Assembly (NCBI GenBank): GCA_965603825.1
Contig: CBFDEM010000036.1
Location: 124,001 to 188,000 of the forward strand
DNA: 64,000 nt
Direction: 5' to 3'
Source: Blepharisma stoltei ATCC 30299
Lineage: Eukaryota; Protista; Ciliophora
A model generated the notes under the pieces. It was given only the letters and a program-made list of their open reading frames with translations, was not told the origin of the DNA and made no database searches. Made by a program: the position numbers and the translations under genes. Positions 22,626-33,800 of the stretch are shown here, piece by piece (the stretch's first letter is position 1; each line of letters opens with the position of its first letter).

Positions 22626-25600
22626 ATGCTCTGGCTTTCTCTGACCTTTTGAATTCCTGTTTCTAGCATAGATATGCTGTGCAATCCTAACAAATGCCCT
22701 CCAATAGTCGTAATTCATAATTAGCGAGGCGATGGCATATGCAATTCTGGCTGCATGAATCCTTTTTGCAATTATGACACAGGAGGTTTTTATAATACCT
22801 CAACTCAAATTCAAAGCTCAGATTGTCTTTCAAAATGCTATAGCAGCACTCCTTTTTGCGATTTCAGTATTCTTGGGGATGGCAATTGCGATATTCCGTG
22901 CGGTAAATTTTTTTGCGGATATGACTTAGGAGATTGCGGGTACTGCGCTGAATCATGTATTCCATATATAGGTCAAAAATCTCAATTAGGAAATGAGTGT
23001 GATCCTGAGTGCGATACAGATTCTTGCTATTATGACATGGGAGCGTGCTCAGAATGTGCCGAAGGCTGCAATTTGACTATATGAGGAGATGGGATATGCA
23101 ATGAGGAATGCAATAGTTCTCCATGTAATTATGATAATGGAGACTGCTTCAATATCACTTGTGCGCCTGGCTGCTACTTGTGAATGATTGGAAACTCCAT
23201 TTGTGATGAAACTTGCTATGTTGAAGAATGCAATTATGATAATCTTGATTGCGATTGTTCTCCTGGATGCATTCCAGAATTATTAGAAAATGATATATGC
23301 GATGAGGTTTGCAATACCTATAATTGTGATTTTGATTCTGAAAAGTGTGGGTTTTGTGAAAGTGGATGCTATTTAGACATGCTTAGAAACGAAGTATGTG
23401 ATGAAGCTTGCAATACTTTTCGTTGTAAATATGACAATTTTGATTGTGGATGCTCACCGTATTGTATGCCAGAAGATTATGGAAAGTGCAAGCCATCGTG
23501 CTTAGTAAGTGATTGCAAGTATGATAGAGTAAGCAGTGATCCTAGCAAGTGGTGCTATGATGAAGATTTAATAAAATACACTATTTATCAGCAATATTTT
23601 GCTGGGAGTACAAATGCTATTGTATCTTTTGAAATTTGCTCAGTCGCATCATCTAATAAATGCAATATAACAATGTCATTAGACTTAACATCATGCTACC
23701 CTGAATGCTTGTTTAAAGAATGTAATTATGGCTTATGTCATATTATAGATAAGGATAATTGTCCTGTTTTACCTCAATTATTTTGCGATTTTTGTAGTAT
23801 TTACAGCTGCGATCTATGTAACATTGTCAATGGCTGTTATCCTTCATCTTTATACATAGGTGAATTTTATTTAACCTACAATAATCATTGAAAACTCTTA
23901 AAGCATCCAGACTTTCAGTTTTACTATGTGACTTCAACTCAGAAAGGGCTTTACCCAGCAGGAAATGGGACTGTGATTTCTCCATTTGAAACAATTGATT
24001 ATGCATTGCAGTCTAAACTGTCTAGCGAAAGCTTATTGGATCCACCTATATTGCGAAATCAAATACTTTATTTCTATTTATATAACGATGGAAATTATAG
24101 TTTAACTGACTGTAATCCTTTAGGAAAAGCCTCATCTGTTGTAATAGCCTCATATGATGGGAGTAAGGTTTTGATAAAGATTAATGGATGATCGAGGCTT
24201 TCATGCTCAATGGTTTCTTATATCAAGTTTGAAAATGTGATTATTGATGGATCTGGACAGGATAATGGGTGTAATTCTATATATTGCGATTATTGTGCAT
24301 ATAGGTTTTATAATGAAAGTGACGGCTATTACTATAATGATAGAAATCAGCGCATTTCGCGAAATATATCTTTAGATAGCTGCAAGATTGACAAAACTGG
24401 GAGTCTTAGCCTATTTTATGCTAAATCTGCATTTACATTAACGAATGTTGAAATTAGAAATTTTAGATTCAATTATGACTCCATTATATCTGGGAATGGG
24501 ACAATTGAGCTAATTAATGTAATTTTTGATAATATATGACTAAGTGGAAAAGAAGCAAATGCAGTTGTGCATTCATATGGAAATTTTACTTACAAAGGAG
24601 GCTCTGTGACTAGACTAAATAACGGATTTGAATTTGAAGACCCACTTGATTTCCGAGGATTTTTATATTCTGAATCTTATTCGACTTTTACTATAAAAAA
24701 TGTGGATTTTAAATATAATTTGGTTTATTTAAAACCACAAAGCTCTCTTTCGACTGGTTCACTAATATATATTAGTAATTTGAGAAAATTTGAAATTGAT
24801 AACTGCACTTTTATGTATAATTTTTGTGAAACAGGGATATTTTACAGCAATTTAAATATAGAAAGTTATGATTCTAGTTTTAATGAAACTTGATATTTAA
24901 CTTATGTGACTATTTCTCACATAGACATTAAGAACACCAATTTTATATCCAACTATGGAAAATTTGGATTAATCCGTGTAGAGTTTCTCGGTTTGCTATT
25001 AAATGTTCACCTAAGCAATTTGACCATTGAATCAAATGGAGCAGAAAGCGATTCATTAATTTATATATACAACTCTGCAGTATTAGATTATTATAAAACC
25101 AAAACAACCCAAACTATTGTTTTTAACAATTTTAGATACGTTAATGTCATTTCAGTTCCAAGATGATGCAAATTTATTGATATTTCTTTCAAAAATAATC
25201 ATGCCAAAGGAATGATCACTACAGTAAATTTGGTTAATTTTGATTTAAAAAATTTGACTATAGATTCTAATGGATCTCCGTACGAAGACTCAAATGTCAA
25301 TTCTCTAATTCTTAAATATTTTATTGAAAATAGGGATGATTGAGACTTATATATAAGTAACCCAAAATATAATACAAAAGCTGTAGATTGTGAATTTATG
25401 GTGAGTTTATCGAAATCAATTAATTTATATATCGAAGGTGTTAACATTACAAAAAATATCTGCAGAAATTCATCACCAACTTTCATAATTGATAAGTCAA
25501 ATTCCAATAACTTAAATTCTCTAAGCTGTTCTGGAAATATTGGAAATGGAAAATTGCCAGTGTGCTTTTATTTTACAGGATCTTACGATAGAAATTTCAC

Positions 25601-28600
25601 TAATTCAAAATTTATTGAGAATATAAACAATTACATTTCAGGGTATGGAGCATTAGGAGTAGAGAGTGAGAATACTTTATATATATCAAACTGTTCTTTC
25701 AATAATAACCTAGCAGGTTTATCCCCTGCAGTTTACTTTTCAGGAGTGAGCATCTTTATTGAGTCTTCAATCTTTGATTCAAATGAATCAAGGCAGGGCA
25801 ATGGTGGAGCCTTATATTTTGTTTCTTTATTGCAAAATAGTAGAATGTCGTCGCTTATTATATCATCAAGTGATTTTATTCGAAATTCAGCTTCTTCTAA
25901 TGGAGGAGCAATTTTTTTGATTCAGAGCTCAAGGTCATTAGAAAGTCTTGACTTTAAAATTTTGGAATCAAATTTTATAGGAAATTATGCAAATAATGGT
26001 GCAGCCTTATATATAGATAGCTCAGTAGCACTTTCTAAAGAGTCAGTTATATTAATTTCTAATTTCAGTGAAAATGTTTCAAAACAGTCAGGAACTATAA
26101 TGCTATATTTCAGCAGTGGAATTTTATCGTTTAAATCGTGTGTTTTCATTGAAAATTCTTCATATTTGGCAGCTGTTTTGGCAATTGATATAGTGGAAGA
26201 TACAAAAAATTTGCCTTCAAAAATATGCATTGAGCTCTCTATTTTCAGAAAAAATACTGGAAACTCAGTTATATATACAGAAAGCCAAAATAGAAAGTCA
26301 ACTATTGAAACTAAGAATTCTGTTTTTGAACACAACAATGCAAGAGTCGCTTTTTTGAATTTTGATTATTTTACAGATAATGGTTCTGTTTTTCAGTTTA
26401 ATTTTGCTCCTTATGGATCTTGTTTTTACCTTCGAAACTCTGCTATTTTGTATGCAAGCTCATCACAATTTTTAAATAATACATGTGAGAAAGACGGAGG
26501 AGCGATATCAATTACTTCGAAATCGTTTTTTTATTGTGAAAGTTGTTCATTTATTCAAAATAAAGCAAAAAGAAAAGGTGGAGTACTAAACGCTGAACAA
26601 GAGTCTCAATTTTTTATATTAAATTCAAAATTCGAAAAAAATTCATGTGAAAATGATGGGTCTGCAATCTATGCTTTTAACTGCAATTTGATAGCTTCTT
26701 CACTAATTTTATCCCGATTTTCCAACAATTATGCATCAAACTTAGGTTTGATTAATTTAGTTAGCTCAAAAATAAAGATCTCATCATCCATTTTTAGCAA
26801 TAATTCAGCTGAGGGATACAGCCCAGGATTATCACTAACATATTCGAATGCAGAAATATATGATTCAAAATTTGAAAATCAAAGAAGTACTTCAGGAAGT
26901 TTTATATATTTATTAGCTGAAAGCAATGCATATGTAGCTAATGCATCCTTTTATAATGGAAAATCAAGTGAAAGAGGTGGAGCAATTTATGCAAGCTCAA
27001 GCGCATTATTAATCAGTGACTCATTTTTTAACAAGTTATCGTCTCCTTATGGTGGTGCAATTTATGCTTCTTTTGATAGCAAAATATCCATCAATAGCTC
27101 GAATTTTATTGATATAGAAAGCCCTAATGGAGGTGGAGTTATCAATGCGAATCAAGTTGAATTATCAATTGAAAATTCAATTTTTAATAAATTTTCTGTT
27201 ACAGGAATATATGGAAAACAAATAAAAAAGCTAGAAATTGTAAATTCTTCGTTTAGCAATGGCTCAGGAAATGATGGAGGAGCCCTTTATTGTGATTCAT
27301 GCAAAAACATAGAAATTATTTATTGTAATTTTGCAAATAACTTTGCATCTCTATATGGAGGTGCTTTATTTTTTAAATCTGCAAAAGATATCAGTAGCAA
27401 CGTTAATATTACTTCAAGTCAATTTTTAAATAATTCGGCAGAAAATGGAGGAGCAATATACTCGAATAACGCAAATTTAAAAATAATTTTTTCCAATTTT
27501 AAGCAGAATAAAGCTATTTCAGGCCAAGACTTAACATATAAAAACATTGATAGTGGGATTGGAGGGGGAGTCAATATGAACTGTTTCGATACAAAAAAAT
27601 GTAAATTTGATATTAATTCAAGCAACTTTGTTGAAAATTTCGCAGAGTATAATGGTGGAGGTGTCAGCTGAGATGACCAAACTCCTTCACTTTTCAATAA
27701 TACATACAAGAATAATGCAGCTCAATATGGTAAAGATATAGCTTCATATCCAATCAAGCTAATGCAAGTAAAAGCAGATGGCAGTTTAGCAGATTTTAAT
27801 AGCAAAAGATTATTATCAGACCCTGTTTCAAGCCTAAATTTAACAGAAATCGCACCTGGACAACGCATTAAAAATCAACTGCAAATTGCTTTGGTTGACG
27901 ATTTAAATCGTATCATAGCCACTGATAATATTAGTGAAGCTGTGCTTAAATCTACAAGTTTAACAACCCAAATTTCAGGAATAACAAAAGTTACTGCATC
28001 AAAAGGAATATTTAACTTCTCTGAACTTGTTATTTCTGCTGAGCCTGGATCGAATATTCAAATAATTGCTACCTCTTCAGCAATTGATATTTCCAAAATA
28101 AAATCTTCAGGTCAAAGCAATTATAGCCAAAATTTAATATTAAATGTGAATATGAGAAAATGCAAAATTGGAGAGGTCATATCAGGAAAAAGTTGTCAAA
28201 TATGTCCCCAAGGGTTTTATAGTTTGAACCCAAACTTAATTTCTTGTCTTTCTTGTCCCGATGAAGCTCAATGCCTTGGAAATTATACAATGGTTCCACG
28301 CCCTGGATATTGGAGAGACAATATGTATACAGATAAATTTTGAAAATGCCCAAATACTTCATCTTGTTTAGGCTCACCTAATATAAATAATATTTCATAT
28401 ACAGGTGAATGCAGCAAATCCTACAAGGGCAATAAGTGTGAATCTTGCCAAGCAGGATTTTCTTATACTTCAAGCAATAGATGCGAGGAGTGTCCAGGAT
28501 ATAAAACTAACGTTTTAGTGACTATAGGAATAACAATAGGGTTAATTATTTTATTGGCGATTATAATAAAAACAACAAGAAAATCAGCTCTAAAGCCAAA

Positions 28601-29744
28601 ATCACAAACTTCAATTTTCATAAAAATATTTTTGAATTATTTTCAAATGATCATTTTAGTGTCCACTTTTAAGCTCAATTGATCATCTGAAGTTTTAACC
28701 CTTTTTAATATTCAAAATAATGCAGATTATATATATCAGCAAATTTACTCATGCCAATGCTTATTTGGAGAAAATGACAACAGAAATTTAGTTTATTTCA
28801 AAATTCTTATTATGGTGGCTTTAATTCCAGCTGTTATGCTAGTTTTGAGTTTATTTTTTTGGATTATTATAAAATTAGTCAAAACTTCATATAAAACATT
28901 TTGGGATGATTTTATATCAACTGGGATTATTTTACTGTTTTTAATTCATCCAAGCGTAGTGAGAAAAATGTTTGCTTCAATGAATTGCACAGAAATAAAT
29001 CCTGGCGAATATTGGTTAGAAGAAAATCTTGATATAAGATGCTGAAATTATGATCACATAGTTTATGTGGCAACCATTTCATTGCCATCTATTATTTTAT
29101 GGGGAATTATTTTGCCTACAGTTTGCTTGATAAATATTATTAGAAATAAAAGCAGACTTAGTGATTTAGGTGTGCGCCTAAGATATGGATTTCTTTTCAA
29201 TGGATACAAAGATAATCTCTATTTTTGGGAATTTATCATTTTGTATAGTAAAGTTATTCTTATTTGCTGTTCAGTTTTTTTAGCAAGAATATCTTTAAAA
29301 ATTCAAGCAATAATTGTGGCTATTTTATATTCAATATATTTACGACTACAGTATTCAAACAACCCTTATATTGAGCCTAATCTAAATCAAATGGAATTAA
29401 GGCTGAGGATAGTGTGTGCAGTCACTATATGAAGTGGACTTTACTATTTAATGGGATCTTTAGATGAAAAAGCTGGATACTTTTTCTTTGCGACTATTTT
29501 AATAGCAAATTGCTATTTTTTAATTTATTGATCGTTTTGCGTCCTCAAATCGATTTCTCGATCAATAATTAATAAACTTAAGAACCTCAGAAAATCAAAA
29601 AAAGTGGCAAATTGTTCAGACGAAAACAGTTATAAAAGTGATGATTCAAAAGCAGCTTTCAATCGAATTGAAGTTTCCCTAGCATCAAATAGTATATCAA
29701 TCAATGAAAGCCACTCTCTAGAAGATAAAGAGAGTATTCAATAA
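22626..29744 (+). CDS. Family B receptor copy B3, ~2367 aa
   Basis: ATG 22626 (MLWLSLTFWIPVSS), TAA 29742-29744. Single frame with TGA=Trp. The only in-frame TAG seen (22722-22724) is the 3' splice site of the 15-nt intron. Confidence 0.92.
22710..22724 (+). other. 15-nt intron GTAATTCATAATTAG in B3
   Basis: GT-AG with A at -6. Contains an in-frame TAG, so it must be spliced for this otherwise intact 7.1-kb ORF to be translated. Confidence 0.9.
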
Positions 29745-29946
29745 GATACATTTTGGCTCTTGAAGTAGAGGGCCTATTTACAAGGCAAATACACTTTACA
29801 AAGCAAAGAGTGAGGCATACAGGGCATTAATTATCTCAGACTACCAAATTTAAATCTTTTAAAGATACATAAAACGCTGTGAGATTGTGTCAAAGCCTTT
29901 TGACGAAACTGATTCAGAAACTAATGAATTTTGCTCAAATGAAGAA

Positions 29947-30471
29947 ATGTGGGATGAAATAGACTTTCTTGACATGCAAATAAAAATCTTGGAGGATGAA
30001 CTGGGAGAAGAAGCCTGGGATGATGAAGATGAAGCTGTTGAAGAAGGAACGGATGAAGTGGAATGTCTGAGACTCTGACTCGCTGGACAGAAAGGTGAGG
30101 TTCTGGATGCTGGGGAGCTGATCCTAGCCACAGGATCCATCAATCAGGTACCGATAGAGATCATTGAGTGGGTGAAGGTGGAAAGCAAGGAGACCGAAAG
30201 CCTGGAACATCAAAATAGCCAGAAAAGACCAAAAAGACCAAAAAGACCAAAAAGACCAAAAAGACCAAAAAGACCAAAAAGACCAAAAAGACCAAAAAGA
30301 CCAAAAAGACCAAATGACAGAGCGATAAAGGTTTTTCGCACAAGGATACTGATAGATAGAGCAGAGAGGTATGAAAAAGCGGAAGTGGGTAGTGAATTCA
30401 AGCAAATAAAAATAGATAGGTGATGATTAAGAGGCCATAAGGCCTGTGGCAGTGAAGCTGCTGAAAATTAA
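29947..30471 (+). CDS. Possible 174-aa protein with an acidic N-terminus and a (KRP)10 basic tract, inside the insertion
   Basis: ORF-track pieces 29887-30078 and 30172-30423 share a frame and fuse with TGA=Trp. The frame is open from 29863 to TAA 30469-30471, first ATG at 29947. No recognisable family. Confidence 0.4.
30223..30312 (+). repeat. Perfect tandem repeat (AAAAGACCA)x10
   Basis: 90 bp, 10 identical 9-mers. Confidence 0.97.
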
Positions 30472-30849
30472 GGTAAAGGTAAGGAATTTAAGATGATCTG
30501 CGATGTGAATATGCTCTGATTATACTTTGATTTGTGTTGTGAATGAAAAATTTTGAGGGAGTATAATAAATTTATTTTTCAAGTTCATATTCGCCAAAAG
30601 TTTTGTTTCTTCTTACTAAATTAAAAATTTATTAAAATAAATTTATCATAAAGCTTAAATGATAGCTAAACTTTGAAATAATTATTTGAATTTTTGTTTA
30701 TGAAAATAGAGTTTATTTTAATATTAATTTTCTCAAAGTTCCATATTAAAAACGAATAGCTAGCGATGATATCTTAAATCATTAAATATGCTAACTATTT
30801 TATCATAATTTTACTTAAGCAAATTAAAATTTATAGTTTATTTTCTAAA

Positions 30850-33800
30850 ATGATTTTTCTTGCTCTTTCCTTATGGTTTGCCAAAGGCTTAAATCTTACC
30901 TGTAGTTCATCGATTTGTCCAGATATTATGGTAATTTTTATTGTAGAAAGGTAATCACCAATGCAATCCTGAATGCATGACATCCTATTGCAACTATGAC
31001 ACTAGCACTCAGTTCTTTAGTTCAATCGATAAAAACAAATCAGATTGCTATGAAAATTGTGTTTTTGATGGTTGTGATGCCCAAAATCTAGGAAATGGTA
31101 TCTGCGATACTTCTTGTAACACTGAAAACTGCGGGTATGATTGAGGCGATTGCACTTGTTCCCCAGGGTGTTTAAATTCTATGCTTGGCGACGGAAATTG
31201 TGATGAAGCTTGTGATAATTGAAGCTGCGACCTTGATAATCATGACTGTGGGCAATGTGCAGATGGATGTTTTCCAACTATGTTAGGGAATGGAATATGC
31301 GATTCTGCTTGCAATAATGAAGATTGTTTATATGATTATAAAGATTGTCGATGCTCAGATGATTGCGAATGGACAGATTATGGAGCTTGTAAACCAGAAT
31401 GCTTGATATTCAGCTGCAATTATGACAAAGTGGATCAATATCCTAATAACTGATGCCAAGACGAGCCATTAGCTATTTTTTCGTCTTATCAGCAAATTAT
31501 CCGTAATGACTTTTCATATGTTGTGCTTCTAGAGGACTGTTATGAAGCTTCTAATTATGCATGCTCAGAAGAAAAAGCATTAAATTTTACAGATTGTTAT
31601 GAAGAGTGCAATATTTTAGAATGCAATTATGCCAATGGTAACTGCGAAACTCGTCATAATTATTATTGTCTTCGCTCTTATAATAATTTGAGTGGGTGCC
31701 TCTCATGCATAAACAATCAATATCAAGTTATTAAGTATTTATGAAATCAAACTTGCACATCATATCCCTTTTGAGAAGTAGGTGTCTGGCTATTTCCTGA
31801 TGGATCACTCGTAAAAATGCTTCCAAATGATACTTCGTCAGCAAAAAATCCTCATGTTTATTATGTGAAGCCAAGTGCAAATTCTAACTGATTAAGTGGG
31901 AATGGCACTTATTCTTCTCAATTTTCATCTTTAAGCTATGCACTTGCAAACATCCTGTATAGTTATTCGATTATTTATTTATCTCAAAGTAATTACTATA
32001 CTGAGCATCAGGCTATAAGAAAACAACAATTCCCTATGGTAAATAAATATTATGAAGCAAAATATATTTTTAGGCATTTAACTTCAAGAAATATAAAAGT
32101 TAAACCTTTGGATAATTCTCCAATCACTATAAGAAGAGCAAAAGACGATTCTAAATGGTCAATTATGAGGTTTCCTTTAACGAATATTCCAAATTTTGAA
32201 ATAAATAACGTCATTTTTGACTGGAAAAATACAGATTCCTCTTGTAATAATGATAATTACTGCGATTATTGCCCTATTGTTACTTCAAACTCAGATTTAA
32301 GTATTTATTATAACGATAGAGGTGAAAAAATTAGTGCATGTTTGCCTATTACGTGATGTTCAATGAATAACGCTATAAATTTTTTTGATGTTAAATCAAG
32401 CAATTTAGTATTAAACAACGTGAGTTTTATAAATTTTCGAACAGATTTTAATTCAATTTTTTGGGTCACAAATGACAGCAACCTGACTTTCAATAATGTC
32501 ATGTTTGATAATGTTAAAGTTTTTAATAGCGATAATTCAGCAATTATTTCATGGAACAGCTCAGGAAGTCTACAATTTAATAAAGGCACTGTGAGTAGGG
32601 TTAATAATGGATATGAAATAAAGGATTCATTTCGTATGAAAGGATTTTTAAATGTGATTTTTGCGAATTCTATTGTTTTGAGAAACGTTAATTTTATGCG
32701 TAATGTGGTGCTGGAACCGCTATCATTTGCTCCGAACAGAGGCACTTTATTATTTCTAAATTTATTTCAGATGCTAGAAATTGATTCTTGCGTTTTTATA
32801 TATAACTATTGCGAGCTTGGAATAATAAATATACAACCGCAATATTATGATTTTAGCAATGAAACTAATGAGGATGGAGAAATAATTTACTCAACTCTAA
32901 ATCATATTCATATTGTGAACTCAAATTTTACATCAAACTATGGGAAAGTAGCAGGAGTATTATACTTACATTATAATTATGAGCTTCAGAATTTATTAAT
33001 TGAAAATTCATCATTTACATTAAATGGGATTGAAACTGGACCTTTGATATATATTGAAAGTGATTATATCAACCAAAAATATTTATCAGATATTATTTTA
33101 GAAACCTCTGTTAATGGCAAAAATGCTGCTGAAAGAAAGTACTTAGCAAAATGAACAAAAATTCAAAACTCAAGCTTTGTTGAAAATTACTCTGGTAGTA
33201 GTGGTATTCTTGAAATTAAAAAAATGATTAATATAGATTTAAGGGATGTTTTTATGATTTCAAATGGCGTAATTTCATCTGAATCTATGAATGCTAACTC
33301 AATAATTTTAAAATACTATATTGAAAACCCAAATATGTATATAAAACTCAACGTTACTGATCCTCCAGATTTAAATTGTGAGTCTTTATCATCAATATCA
33401 GATTCCATTAACTTAAATCTAGATAAAGTGAGCATTTTAAAAAATTATTGTAAAAATTCTTTACCAGGAATTATTATATCAAATACAACAAATTCAACAA
33501 TAATTTCATCAAATTTTGAAAATAACAGTGGATCAGGTTTCAATGGGATTTGTTTAACGATAAATAAAAATGCTTTCATGACTATTAAAGACTCATTTTT
33601 CATCTCAAATCAGAATAATCAACCTAGAAATCCAGGTGCGATAAATAGTCTTTCCGATTTATTGTTACAAAATTGTTCATTTTTAAATAATATCGCAGAT
33701 TTAGGCGGAGCTTTGTATTTTGTTGGTCAGAACCTTAGAATTATCTCTTCACATTTTGACTCAAATAAATCGCCTAATTTAAATGGAGGTGCTATTTATT

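Larger units (their letters stand above)
29758..30614. mobile_element. 853-bp insertion in the B3-A2 spacer bounded by a TCTT direct repeat (IES-like / captured DNA)
   Basis: Paralogous empty sites read GGCTCTT|AGTAAATTAG (after B1) and GGCTCTT|ATTAAATTAG (after B2). Here the sequence is GGCTCTT|GAAGTAG...TTCTT|ACTAAATTAA. TCTT at 29758-29761 and 30611-30614. Confidence 0.85.

Noticed and set aside
22722-22724. Premature TAG making B3 a pseudogene, or UAG readthrough
   Set aside because: It is the 3' splice site of a 15-nt intron at the position shared by all paralogs.
30124-30405. Minus-strand ORFs with (FWS)n, (LVF)n, (FGL)n, or a CRISPR-like array
   Set aside because: These are alternative readings of one 9-bp perfect tandem repeat with no spacers.
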